Shown: piece by piece, positions 1-14,610 of the stretch
How the letters are laid out: each line of letters starts with the position of its first letter
How positions within the stretch are numbered: position 1 is the first letter of the stretch
NCBI GenBank assembly: GCA_002633005.1
Contig: NMRA01000084.1
Span: 358,320-422,319 of the forward strand
Length of the DNA stretch: 64,000 nt
Reading direction: 5' to 3'
From: Phoronis australis
Taxonomy: Eukaryota > Animalia > Phoronida
Translations under genes and position numbers: made by a program
The notes under the pieces: generated by a model
Database searches by the model: none
The model's input: only the letters and a program-made list of their open reading frames with translations
What the model was told of the DNA's origin: nothing

Positions 1-61
1 CGCGGTTGGAGCTTGTGTTGCTGTAAATTAGCGGATTGATATCGTGTAAGTAAGGGTAACT

Positions 62-83
62 ATTGGTCACGTGATGTGACCAA
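62..83 (-). promoter_or_regulatory. Hox-promoter-like CCAAT/E-box element, possibly of the next anterior Hox gene (Hox3) left of the window
   Basis: ATTGGTCACGTGATGTGACCAA shares CACGTGATG, in the same orientation, with the Dfd promoter. It contains an 8-bp inverted repeat TTGGTCAC/GTGACCAA. No coding sequence is visible here to confirm the assignment. Confidence 0.35.
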
Positions 84-1211
84 CGCATGCCGGCCATGTA
101 TGTAGACTGGTAATAATGAGTTGTCATTTATTCTCAAAGAGCTCTAGTTTTTGCGAGAGCGGCTTTAAAAACACGACTTCTATGATGTTTATAAAAACAT
201 CAAAATTTCTTCAATAAAAAACGAGAAAAAAATTGTAAAATTGTAACCCCCTTTTTTGAGGTTCCTTCCTGAAATATTTCAATCAAAAGTAAAATTTATT
301 TTGGCCATTTAAGTCATGCCGTAGTATTGCTTTGAAGGTACTATTTTGCATAATTTTACTAAAACGACATAGGCGCGTAACAATATTAATAGCACTGGTA
401 TAAAGTAAAAAGGGTTTGCTTTTTCAGACAATATTTATTTCGTCATATTTGTGTACTATAGTTGCGTAGACATTTCACAGACGGTGATAGGGTGTTACAT
501 AAACTTAATGATATGCTAAACGAATTTATGAATTTTCTTTAGTGAAGAAGACTTGATTTGAAACAGATAATGAACCCTGTCTTCTCACGTAATCGATCAA
601 GCATTAAATTTCTAGAATATTAAAAATTGAAATTTTTCGCTAAAGTAGAATCCAGTCAAGCAAACGGTGAAAAGGATGTTATTTGTTACGAAATGATTTA
701 TTAATTGATTTTGATCGACTGATTTTGTAAGGCGAGTTATGCACACAATATACAGTATGCACACAATACGTGTAAATGTGTGCCTGGAAATGGGTTACAC
801 AATGACACACAACTAATACAGATAGAACAATATTTGAGAAAAAAAATGCGTACAAACAATATAACAAGACCGTGGTTGTCCCTTAGGTGCAACGTATACA
901 ACACCAATGCTTAGGTGAAAAATATGTACAGGTAAAAATAGGAAGATAAAAATAAATGAACAAATAACTACACATGTAATAAATAATTAAGCAGAAATTG
1001 CAAATGAAGTTAACAAAAGTAGACTGCTTAAAATCTGCTATCTTAGATCTACGGGTCACATTAGATTTTCAGTTAATTTTCAAATCAATTGTTAGGGGCT
1101 GGCATGAGAGCCTGTGTGGATTCGTGTGCTACCTCAGTACGTTACTCGGCGATTGGCGATTAGACTAAATGTCGAACTGCTAACGAAACGCAAAATTCCA
1201 AACTTATGGTA

Positions 1212-1213
<2 letters not shown>

Positions 1214-1252
<39 letters not shown>

Positions 1253-1256
1253 GTGT
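1214..1256. repeat. (TG)n microsatellite, about 21 units with one interruption
   Basis: Directly visible. Confidence 0.97.
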
Positions 1257-4200
1257 TTTTTTCTCGGTACATGTTTGACTTAGGCGCTGAAATTGTTGTT
1301 TTGATCCCTGGCCTAAGTTTTGTCTCAGCTGCTATGCATTGTCCTGGCGTTAGAATCTGAGTGCAATGAAAATACATGAATTAGAGACAAAATAAGTCGT
1401 GACCGAGTTCAACAACCACAGTGCGTCAATGGAAATTTTTATGCGCCGATGACGTGGGGCGCTGCCCCAAAATTATCCATGCGAGACACAGTGAAAGGTA
1501 AATGAATATAAGAATGAACTAAAATTTAATTTTGTTAAACAAATGGCGGTTGAAAAGAAATTTTAAATTGTTTTTGAAAGCTGACCCCGGAATCGTTAGT
1601 CCTCAGGTTGTTCCGACGTGTAAAGCCATTGCAGTTAAGGTGACATTATTTGCGAGAATAGTGACTTTGAGAACAGCCCCAGTGCAGATTCGGACCTGGA
1701 TCGCTCGTGGTCTCGGAAGAACGCTCTATCGGTGGAGCTATATCTACTCGATGAACGACGGTATTTTAATCGTATTTGACTGCTGATTTCAGCGAATGTC
1801 TGAAGGACAATGGCGAGAATTGGCGATTTGTAATATAACCAGTAACGGTAGCACAGCGTATTTTATTGTTTTATTGCTCTGGTCAAAGCTAACAGCTTTA
1901 AAAACTATATCTCATCCAACAGTATTCCGAAAAATACGACTTGCGAATAATGACCCTTTAAAAGATGTTTGTCCACAATACTTTACACGAGAAAATTGTA
2001 CAAGTGAACTTGAACATCTACGAGTGCAATAAGAATGCACATGTTTATTCTGCCGAATACTATTTCAATACTTAGGGGCGGGGCCATGAGTTTTAACTGT
2101 TCCAACCCCTCCCTTCATTTATATGTTAATGAGACCAAGGACGAAGCGAACTCAACGATGTGCTTCGCCAGCCCTTCGTCTGCTCGCCAAATTGGGGGTG
2201 GAAATGTTTTAGCCGTTTTCAAAGGCTTTCGTTTAGTTTTGGACATTTTAAGATTAATTTATCCTTGCTATTTTTCATATCGGAATGTTTAATAACCTTT
2301 AGAGCTTGGAATTTAGGAACAATATTTTCTGGTTACACTGAAAAATAAAATCTGTAATCAGTTCACTCACCAAACAACAGCATAAAATTCACAATTCATA
2401 GTAATATCGAAATAATGTCAGACGTCTCTCTTAACTTTTAGGTAAACTCGTAAAATAATATTCATGCTTTGTTTTTAAACAACGGTCGGTTAAACATTTT
2501 TGGCGTGTTTCCCTATGGGGACATAATTGCAGAGATAATTTTAGGAATTTTAGGAGCGCGACCGCAGTCATTGTCGCAAAAAAATTCATTGACGCACCGT
2601 GATCGACCTTAGGTCGGGCCAACGGGCCCATTAAAATGGGAAGCAAATTGGACAAAAAATAACATTGCCCGGCTTTAAAGTGGCCTATATACTTAAGGCC
2701 TTGTAGGTGAATTAATTTGTTTGTTTAATATTCCTATTTCCGGCTTTGTTATGTATTTATAATACTTGAACACAGCACATTTGTTTAGATGTACGAATAG
2801 TTGGTATTGGTTAACTGGTCCTTTTAAAATTACCTCCGTTTGCTAAAATATGCATTCCAATCGATCACAAAATTGTTCCGCCAAAATGCTTAAGGAATAC
2901 AGTGGCTACGTGCGCGTGGCGGGCAAAATGAAATGTGCCAGCGATCAAGAATTTTTATCTAACGTCACATGTACGCAACAAACACACTTGGGAAGAGCTT
3001 ACATGTCTTCGAATAAAATTCTATTGCGGGAAAAGTTACCATTATTTTTGTTATCTGTTTGAAAATAAATCTTACTAGAAAAATTATAATAGTGAATATT
3101 TCGGACAAATGGGTATTTTCTGTAGCTTGCTTTTTGCGTAACGGCATTGAATCGAATTGAATAATTCCTAAAACTTTAAACCGGTTTTAAATACATGCAT
3201 TTTGAAGAAGTGGACTTGAACTTGTTTCATAGGCGACGTAATGCAATTTTTAATGTGACGTTTAAATTAACTTGTGGCAGCGATGTAAGTGGCTACGCAT
3301 AATTTTTGTATGAACACTTGTGGTGACCTGGTAAACTTGCAAATTTCACCTCTAATAACGCCAGCGTGAAACGAAGTTGAATCTGAGTGGTGTCTGAGCT
3401 CGGATAATAGATGCAGGTTCATGGTCTCTTAATTTTCTAAATTACGTCCATTTCCGAAATGTTGGAATTCCTCATAGCGAGTAAGAACATCAAGAACTTT
3501 TGCGGAATATTCCACAATCCCAGTATAAAGCAACAATTGTTATAGTTTTAGCAATCTTCACTGATTTAACCTTCTTCGATTGTTTCTAGATTGTTTTTCC
3601 ATAAGTGTTTTAAATTTCCAATGGAATTTAGTGACGCCGCTTAACGTTGGCGGTTTCGTCCACGCGTCATTTCTGAAGAGTTTTATTCATAGGCCATTTT
3701 CTGAAACGTTTTTATCCACATGTTATTTGTGAGCGCGCGCTATCTCTGGCAAGCCACTCCCACTTCGAACCACGTGCACAGTAAAACTCAACTTTGACAT
3801 TGAATAATTCTATATGGATAACTGCAATTCGCCAATCGTCTTTAAATTGGAAAGGAGTGTTATAATGAAAACATTTCCCCAAACACCTCTAGCTGTATGA
3901 TTTAAATTCTTGCGATTTTATTCAATGATTAATGTTCTAGAACTTCTAGAAGTTTTATATGACATTCTTGGCACACTTTCATACTTTTTAGATATCTTTG
4001 CGTTTTAGGTACTTATTAGTTATCCATTTCACCTTAGCAATTGTAATTTCATTTTGGCTACTCAGCGGTCAGTCACCAACGTATTAAAGTATTACATGTA
4101 CTTGCGTTAACATACAAAAACTTTTATCGATATTCAAAAACGACACCACAACTGAATTGACAGTTTCCCCTACGGCTTCCTTTTCACACTGCCAAGGAAC

Positions 4201-7200
4201 ACGCAAATAAACGGCAATTAACTTGAATTGAGTGACATCTCGTAAACGTAGGGCAAAGCATCCATGGGGTTTGCCTGTCTAAATACTAAATACTTGCCAG
4301 GGCAGCTGATGCATGACAACAAAAACACACTACGCGGGTAAAACTCTGGGGTAACTGTTGGTAGGTCATTTCAATCAATGTTAGAACACGAAGCTCTCAC
4401 AAACCCAGTGGCATGAAACTACTTTCATCAGTCTGCTTTGAAATTTAGTATAAGACTTGCAAAAACTAATAGTGCCCTTTGACAATTACACCGTTGTTAA
4501 ATGTTGAAGCTTAGGTGACCGTACTCAGCTCTGGTCGTTGAAATGCTCCTAACACGTAAATAAAGCCGTCATTCTAACTCTCTATTCACACTGAACGCAC
4601 GAGGCTGACTTCAAGGGGTCTCCCCGTTCATAGCTGGCGGTAACGTCCCGTTTTTCGAAGATTCGACCAGTGACCCGAACAGCAACATCGGAATGTCGGA
4701 CTGACAAACGTTACGATATTTACTTACATGTACGTACATGGTTGTATTTACCTCGAGCTTTATATTTCTCTTTATTTCACAGGTGACATGACTCGACTTG
4801 GATGTCCTGCTTTTTATTTTAGAACTATGTAACTCATATACTCTTATTGGCCACCGGCACCCTGTACAGCAACTATCTCTTCTTCCTGGGGCAACCACTT
4901 ATGTGAAAATACGCATAAATACAGTCCACCTCAACGGTCTCTACGTACGTGTTACGAGAATTTCAACGACAAATGTTGAGTACGGTCATCTAAGCGTCAC
5001 CATTTTACAACGGTGCAATTTTCAAAGAGTGTTGTTAGCTTTTGCAACTCTCATGGATTACATGAAACTATTTTTCAAAGCAGCCTCATGGAAATAGTGT
5101 CGCGCAGGTGACCGCAGTCCGAAAGTCAGATTTACTTTGTTCATGACAGCGCACTCTGCCTGTCCAAAAGTCAACAATGTGTGAAGTTGAAATATGTATG
5201 TAGCTTTCAAAAATAACGAGGTACTAAAATCTGCACGTGGCTATTCAAACACTAAACTCCGAAAACACTGGCGATACGATTAATTGAATCTGCGACTGTG
5301 GAATAGTGTCATTGGGGTTAACGTTCATGCGAGCGAGTTCTTCATATTTAAATACCACTGGGCTTCATCAATCGTTCCCTTCACTAAGTCGGACACATTT
5401 ACCAGAAATTCAAATTGATTAATTTCTGATTACTGCCATCGTTGTGGACCGACATCAAGTTTCCTGAAGCTGAATCCTTTCCCTGAAAAGATGAACCAAA
5501 TATCTTCCAGGGAATGGTCGATTCTTCAACAGGGTATCAACAATGTGTAGTATGCATAATTCAATCAATATGTTATCGTTCAAGTTCAAGATTCAAATGT
5601 TGCAATCAATTGGAGGTCGATGTTAAACATTATAACACGAACACACCATAAATAGCTGAAACGTAAAAAAGTGAAATTATTGCCCGTACATTCGGCGAAG
5701 GTACGGTACTCATGTTACTTGCTGATAACGCAAGGATGCACCCGTCTTAATCTACCGACAAGCCCTTTACACGCGTATATGTTTTGATCGTAGCTGGAGG
5801 GGCGAGCGCCACTTTGTTCCGTTCTCCTTAATCCCCTATGTATTCACGCTATACATGTCAATTAACAATCGAGACGTAAAAGTTTTCGTTATTTCAATTC
5901 CTGGGAAGTAACGTTATGTCACTGTAACTGTGGTGTTCAGTACATGCATTTGAATCAGATCTTAGTATCCGCGTATAGAACTGGTCCATGGCTTGACCTT
6001 ACTGACTGCCACTAGCGTTCGCAAAATTACGTTACGCATTAGAAAATTAGCATTAAATTTACATTATCCTGTATCTTATTACCCTATTCAATTAATGAAC
6101 ATTTTGTATCAGGCGAAATAGAAGGAAATTTTTCACGAGAGACAGAAATTTGACGATGATGAGTTGTGTAGAATATTTGTTACTTTTTCCACAAGCATTT
6201 TGACGTCACGATTCGGTCAGCTTTTCGTATTGATGTGTCACGGCACCTGCATCCCCTCCTTACCTGTCGTTTAAAACCCACGCATTGAAACCTGCTCACA
6301 GTTATTATACAAAACTACTATAACTAGATACGAGAAAACCGAATGCAACACTCTCTTTGGAATCCGTTAGCGTACTCCGGTGGTAGACGTCTTTTTCCAC
6401 TCGGGAGACACTCTGAAGATTAAATATCCCTGATCAGTTATTTCCGCAGACGAGTATCCTGGTTTCTGTCAAGCGTAGGGATTCTCGCTACATTTTCTGT
6501 CCTCATGCACATCCGCTTTTATTAGTTCCAATTCTTATCCATCGGAAATAACAGCCTCACCGCACCGGTGTAGTTAACTGTGTGTGATCAAACGTAATCC
6601 TCGGACTTGACTCCTCTCGGTCATTCCTGACTAAGCTTTGAATGTGATGTCTGCAAACCAACCTTTAATAGGCATTTTATCTTCAATGGAGACCTCGAAA
6701 CTCTCATTTAGACTCGGTAATTATATACACAGCATCGTTTCAAAACAATAAGTTACCATAACTGTCATTTTAACCATTAACCTGTAGCGAGTTTTCAGTG
6801 TCTAACTAGCAAGGTTAAAGGTTGTCATTATCTTCGAAAATTGATGTCCTTGGCAGGATCGAAAACATATAGCTTATCTTCACAAGTGCCGTGCATCGTC
6901 CATTTGTTATACATAATTCATTTTATATTAGGCAATTTAGACAAAGTCCTTAAATTGAGTAATCTGTCAAGCGGGAAACTGAAAGGTCTCTTGTCCCGGT
7001 GGCTCGTTGGCACACTCGGTTGGTTTATTACGTGGTATGACGGCCATGTAAAAATAGCCAAGAGCATATGCAACGTAGGGAGCCTGAATGTACGTGTACC
7101 CAAAGGATTGAATTTATTGCTGTCAAACAATCAACATATGAAGAACAAGCTTACTTCACATACACGTCTGGGTGTCAAATGTGTGCGTGCATACGTCTTA

Positions 7201-10200
7201 AAACGAACAACTACATTGTACATGGAGGTCTACCCTTCTGATATCAGACCTTCGAAGTTATTTTGTAGTCTAAGTGTCTGTATTTTCATCAGTTATATTG
7301 ATAATTAACTTATTTTGTACCTGTAAAATGAAATGTCACCACCAACATACGATATAACCAGAAAAGGAGTCGACCCGCCCCTTGTGTCAGTAGGCGTCAC
7401 GTGGTTGCTCGAGCCTACTCGAATAATTTATAAAAGTGCACATTATATAGTAGGGTCAAAAGAGTAAATTTGTTTTGGTCTGCTCCCCGCCTAGCTTTTT
7501 AAATCTGTGCCTCACTGTTTAGAAAACGCGCCATTTTACTATAGTAAATTCCTCGCCTTTGTTCACAAGCGACATCCAAGCGTCCGAGCTAGTTTTTAAA
7601 CAAAATGGCTAACAGAGACTCGGCCGGTCACATTCACCGTTTAGCGACCTTAAGATTATGTAGAACATTGTCGACATATCTGTGTATTCAGAAAAATATC
7701 TTCAAAACTGCAGATTTCAAATGGAGATATATTTTTCAGCAGAAGGCCTGAAAAATTTCGATTTCATACCAATCTGCCAATAATGAGTCACGTGACAATG
7801 ACTTTCTAGTATATTTTGAAAAATATACACATGTAGTCCATTCATAGCAAAGTAATGATGCTAATAACATGACCAAATATCTTTTCATAAAAATCTCAAA
7901 AGAAATCCTTATACAGTTTTCTAGATTGTCATTTCGCTTCCGTTGTATGCAACTCCCGAGATTTTTTAAATACGATAGTCGAATTCCTGATAGCCCTCAC
8001 GCAAAAGTACATGTAAAACATTTTAAGACGATTTCTGACAGCGTTCCTGAGAGCACCGCATGAACTAAAGAATATTATCTGAAAATTTTATATCAACCCA
8101 ATCTGCCATTTCTGAGATATATTTGGAAGTTGCCCAAATTTTGACATTTTTCTAGGTTCCTATACAGCCTCTGTGGTTGCAGATACATGTAAGCTATAAT
8201 CGGTACCTCAAACGAATCAGAGCTTTCCCCGTCGACTTCAGCATAACCAATCGCGCTACTGCACCACCAAAAATGGTTTGGAATGAGGAAAAGGCTCCCT
8301 TTTAGCTGATGTCACTTGAGTTTTTACTTATGAAAAATGAAATACTGCGTCGCTGCATCGATTTTCCAAAAACGCAATCCATCACAATCTATTTTTTAAT
8401 TATTTATCTTAGAGTTTTGTCTAATTATTATGCCAGTGAGTGAATGATTCTCACGTACATATTGAATTTGCATTAATTACGCTTTGCACGAAATTTACGA
8501 ATAAAAATAAAACAATGCAACTGGTGCAACATATTAATTCGATAGGTCTAATTTGAAAAAAATGAAACGTGCCAACGCATTGCAGTGTTCATTGCCGATG
8601 ACGTGATTTGGTAAATATTTTTTTGTAATTAACTGCGTAACGCAAACTAGTTTCCTTCTGGTTCGAATGAGCTGTCTGGCTGTTCATACCAACGGTTTCC
8701 TGTTGCACAATAATGCACGCGCGTTGTAAGCCTCATTGAAGTGCACTTTCACAAACATCAAAAAGTTCGCTTAAGCGCTTATAGGACATCCTTACATTCG
8801 AGTTTTACGTGCTGAAACAAATTTGCATGTAGTTAAGCACATGGAAAACCAACGACGCGTTAAATATCAACGTAAATCAATTTCAAAAATATTCTAATGC
8901 GTTGACAATTTTTTCGAGCGTGTCCGTGATTGCAAGAACATTTTTGCAACACGTCAACAAGCTCAGGTTCTTTATAACGTGCATATAAACGTGCAATGAA
9001 ATCCTGGGTGGTCAGTAATGTCGTTTTTATGGAGACGACTGCCTGTTTCAGTCATCAATAAAGTCCACGCCGGCCGACGGCGATTCTATTTCTGTTTCAT
9101 TCATAACACACTTAGGATGCACAGCGTACTGTGACAATAGAAGGGACTCGAAACAACATATTATTTATGGAGAGGCATATGGAAAATACTGTTTATTTTC
9201 TTTTCATCAGCTTATAACATATACTGAATGTCACACTCCGAAATGTATCGCTAAAATGGAGACATTCCGGAGACGAACCCCTGTCCGTGATTGCGGTTTT
9301 CACTTTCAGTTTCTGCCAATCTATAAAAAACAAAGATCAGTGTGGCAGGCATTTTGTTGGTGCACAGCGAACAATGAACCTCAAGAAATGTTCCCATCCG
9401 TCATTAGTTTGTCGAATCTCCTTGTCACAATTGTTCTTGATCGCTCTAAAAGCGGCATTGACAGAAATATCTTGCAGACATTTTCGACGAAAGAAACCGG
9501 TGACTCAGGAGCGTATGGTATATTAGTGCATGTGCGCAGGTACGTGTACGACACTAGGCAATTAATTCCTTTTTAGTAGAGGACGCGTTTTACATTGTTG
9601 CAGTGACAGACTTCATCAACAACGCGACTCATTAACCAGGTGAACTCAAGTCACCGACCCACGAACAGGGGCAACCGACCGCCAAACGTGGTGTCCCACA
9701 CAAGAAACAAGACATGGGCACGTTGCCCGTATTGTAAGTGAACTTGGGATGGCGCTTAATCTCAAGATCGCACATGGGTGAACTGGTAATTTATTAATTA
9801 TTAAAGTAATCAGATAAAAGTTTTTGTTCACTGTAGAGAATTTTTCCGTTTATTGGCCACATCATCACCCATGTTCTCCTTTACCGGAACTTGCGTGACA
9901 GAATCGAAGGAATAATGCTTAAACAATTATTATTTTTGAATAAGATTATCGATAGTTTGAAAATTCAGAATAAAGGTTTGTTAAAAATTACATTATTTTT
10001 AACATGTGATTTGCTTCAGTGCAGGGAATATTTTTGTCAACGTGAATGTCATTACGTGAGCGAACTTTCCAAGTTTCCTAGTGTATTCCAAGTTCACGCC
10101 TATGCGATACTGTGATTGAGCATACAGTGTAGTTCCAAGTTCAGCACCCGGACTACAAACATGGCTTACTAGAACCATTTCCGGATACCGTGCTAGGCTA

Positions 10201-13200
10201 GGGCGGTCTGAGTGATCCGTGTTTGTGACAGATGGCGATGGAGGTCCTCGACTGTATGTTGAAGCTGATGTGATACGGGATTTTATGATAAAAATCTAGT
10301 GGAACTAATTTTGTTAAATAAAATGCAGATTATGGTAGTTGCAGTGCCCCGGGAATGAAGCAAAATATAATGGCTGTGTTTTTCATCAAGACCGATTCGC
10401 GTGGTCCGTTCGCATTATTTACTGTTTCTGTGCTTTTGACAATCAAGTGGTGCCACTGTTAAGATATGCGCCTTAAGTATGGGATGCCTTAATGACTAAA
10501 GGCAGTTGAATGGATATAAAACTTTCTAGCGCTTTCTGGGCTGAATTCCTGTTACTCTACATTATATTTTTTGTAATAAACATGTTTAAGTTGAAACTAC
10601 GAATATTTTAAGGTAATGCGAACAAAACAGAGGGTTTCATAATTCAGGCATGTTCCGTAAAGGCAGTGGAGGCATAACTAATAACAATTTCCTCGATAGT
10701 CAACAACGGCAGTCAACACGTACGGTAAGAAAACTATAATAGTCTTCTGACAGAAGACGCCGGAAGGGCAACCGTGAACGTATTGGCTCACTGCACCATC
10801 TATATGCAATATTGTTCTCCAAACCAACATTTTTTCTTTTAGAGTATTCATTTTATTTTGTGCTCATAATGTCTCAACGACCCAACTTGTCACGGATTGG
10901 GTCAACTTAAGGAGCTTCGTTTGTCACAGCTTACCAAAACTGCGAAAATGTAGCGGCAAATAGTTATAGCAACAGCGGGGAATTAATTCATCGAAAGAAT
11001 TTTACGGTTCCCATTACAAACACTAATTTGTGTAAAACCTGTATATCTGTTCCAGAAGCATTGTGCAAGCTACAAATGCGGGTCAAAATTTTAGTAATTT
11101 CGTAAAGTGTTTTCTCAGAAATGATTGATAGGGTATTCAAATAAAAACTTCGTATGATATTATTCGTGCACTGTTTTCTAAAACGCTAATATGGACTGTT
11201 TTTGAAATGTCTTGCTTGGCATCAGATGGGCTGAGTATAAAATTAATACCTTACTATTGTCCCAAAGCTGCCGATGTTCCTCTGAATATGAGCCATACAA
11301 ATAAAATGGGAAAGATTAAAGAAAGTTTTTAAGATTTAAAAATGTGGCTGTTAAGAATGTGATATTTTTGCTCTGAATACACTTTCCAAAACCTACTTGG
11401 TGTCATCAAGGAGATCTTATTTTCCTTTTGTCCTGCGTGTAGACTTTGTCTAGATTTGCAATGAAAGTGAAAAAATATAAAGCCTCTAAAACCCTTTTCA
11501 TTCAAGAAAAACGACAATTAGTCCCGTAGATTTTACGCACGTATTCTATACCTTTAAAATAACAAGTGAACGTTTTATTAAACGATACGAAACATCTTAA
11601 CATGCTGACTGGGTTGTAAAATTATTACTGAACATGCCATCGTGATGGGCGCTTGAGCTTTACATTGATTTACTATAACGGCATTGCCTTTTTCTGCACC
11701 GCATCGTTCACTAGGTTCTCAACATGCCGACCGTTGTAATTACACAAAAATGCCTCATCTAAAACACATCGATGTGCAGGTTTATCTTGTCGCGGGGTTT
11801 TTACCGAAATGTATCACAACTTGTTAACATATTCCGTTCAGATTTTGCCGTTGTTCAATTGTTAAGACAAATCGGTCTTTAGTAAACGTCTGAATGGTAA
11901 CGTGCAAAGATCATTGCGACAATTTAGACGACGAATGCTTACTCAAGTCAGGTATTTCGACACGTTGGGCATAACTATTGCAATCCCTCATGGTCCGGTT
12001 TGGCAATTACGAAGATTGGAAAGTTTCCGTCATATGCAAAAATGTAGATATTCGCCTGTTTTTCAGCAGGCAAGATACGTGAGGATAATGGTGAAACACC
12101 ACTTGAATACTAGGTTACCAGTACTATAAACATCATTTTCATTTTTTATGATTGATTAATGGTGACATGTTCATAAAATATTCTCTTAGGATTGGTTAAG
12201 TTTTAAAATGCTGGTATCCTTTTCAGTGACCGCATTCATTACTCCAGTTGAACACAGATGATACGGTAATACCTACGTCAGCGTAAGAACTTCATTAATA
12301 CTATACACAACCATTGCTAACTTTCAAAGTCTTATTCAGAATTTCTGACAAAAATATAAACTATTCGTTGGTGGTATATTTTCCTGTCCAATAGATTTCC
12401 AATTATCTATTAACTCATTTCGTAATATAAAATAATAATTCAATTAGATTGACAACAAATAATTAGACATTCATCCCATTAAATGGAAATATAACAAGCG
12501 AGAAAGATGTTTTATCGAAACACATTTTTAAAAATTATTTATTTACTTATATGTATATATCGATGCATCTGTTAGCTTATTATATTTCGGGACTAAAATA
12601 TACGAAGTTAATATTTTCTTAACCAGGTGTTAAACGCACAACGTAACATTAAACCATCTTTGCCATGTCCCTTATTATATCAAAATTAGACAAACAATAT
12701 AACCAAGACTACGAACATTAGTAATCACAGTTTAATATTTACAGTGGGGCATTTAGAGTCCAGTCGATCCCACTTCTCTGATGCATGAAATAGTAAGTTT
12801 TAAGTGGACAGCAGATTTGATCGAAATTTACGTGTTCCTATATACAGAGCCGCGCCATACTTTTCACCCGAACCAAACCAAATGTACAAACGCATTCGTT
12901 GTTACTTGCTATAAATGAATGCCAACGATTTCGACTTGTCTCAGTCAAATCAACAAATTTCGAATTCCCAATGATTAGTTTTCATTTTTAGCAAGTGCGG
13001 TGACGTTATAATACTCTATGCACTAAATTTAAACATGGACATTCATTGCAGTACCCAGCTGAATTGGTCGTTAAACCATTTCTCAAGTCAAACGTCAAAT
13101 ACGAATGACTTGGATTTATGCTGAGATCAGCTCGCAAGATCCTAGTGCTCAAGCTAACCATCCAGGTTTTACTCCCAGTATTTGGTCACGTGGCGACATG

Positions 13201-14610
13201 ATAACCGTGGTGTTGTAAAGCAACTGTAGTTAGCTGTAAAATGGCTCAGAAAATGCATCACAGAAGTAAACTGACCGTGAAAACCAACCTCATTAAGCCA
13301 ATTATAAATCGCGTGCAATTAGAGTGATTTCCTTGAGCTTACCAGTCGCTTATGAATATTTATAGTCTGAAGTTTTTTTCTTTAATTGTTACAATAGTAT
13401 TGCGTGCAAGAAATTTCAAGATTTTTAATGGACTCTTTTTAGATTCAAACGATGCAAGGACGAGTCTAGGAACACATCGATAAAAATAAGTATGTCGATT
13501 TATAATTAAACTCCTGGAGCATGCCAACCACACACTTCCTTCAGCAACTGTACAGAACTGAAAATATTTTTGGAAATCAAAAGTTCAAGCGAATTAATTT
13601 GAACGGACAACTATGTAAAACGTAATAACAAGCGAACTCTGTCGAGCAGAATCTGCTGTGCTCTTCTTTCAAACAGTATACATAACAATAACGGATTTAA
13701 TTCACAAGCATCGATATTCATTTTAGTTGGACATTTTCAAACCAGCTACTTTGAACTTCAGTTATAAATATTCTTGAGAAGTATTTGCCATGACTTTACT
13801 GTTGGTTTATGTTAAATCAAAACTAGAAAAGCCATTTAAAACGATGAGCGGTCAGCAGAGACAATGGTCTAAATCTGTGTAGCGCAATAAAACAAAAAAG
13901 TAAACATTTGTACTTTATTCACAAACCGTATACAGGGAATATAGGGCTATGGTTCGTAGACGCAAGAAACTCACGATCACAAAAGTCTTCGTTGGATATC
14001 GCCATCCATTACGTTGGAGGGAAGCGCGTAATCGCACTGCCTGTTTTCGCGAGTGCCTTGCGTCTGCAGTACGCAGTCCATAATTCCCGGTGACATATTG
14101 CACAGGTACATGTACCTTTTGAACATCGAGTACATATTAAGTACGCAAGTTAGTATGTACATATGCGTGGCCACAACTACATGGCACGAAGATGTACCAA
14201 ACATAACCAGACACATATTTGGACGCACAACGTCTAAAATAAAAAAATGATAATGGAAAATTGTTTGCAACTAACCATACTCCCTACCCTGGCCTGTGAC
14301 ATCAGTGCTGCTATGGGCATCCATATATCCACTGAATGGTCAATGGTAAATATAGTTTTGAAATTTTGTTGTTCATCTTGTTAAAAAGCATTGCCGGTTG
14401 AGCCATGAAAATACGCCCGTGTTCCGCCATATCACTGACTACATTCGAGATATTGTTATTTATTTTATCAAATAATAATAAAATATCAAGGTTAGCCAGA
14501 ACCCATACGATCAAGAAGTTAGGAGAAAGAAAAAAAGTCAACCAGTGACTGGTCTCAGTTTTCCGTTATGTTTTTCCATAAATATACTCTTTCCGCTTGT
14601 TGTTTGGTAC

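Noticed and set aside
1020-1060. miR-100-like ACCCGTAGATC on the minus strand
   Set aside because: Only 11 nt match. The fold puts the loop inside the would-be mature sequence and leaves the seed unpaired.
3935-3952. TTCTAGAACTTCTAGAA as a heat-shock element
   Set aside because: The central GAA-TTC spacing is 1 nt instead of 2, and no promoter is nearby.
6771-6834. Imperfect hairpin loosely resembling miR-993 arms (GAAAACTCGCTACAGGT on minus)
   Set aside because: Several indels relative to miR-993, no intact seed, and the stem is bulged and short.
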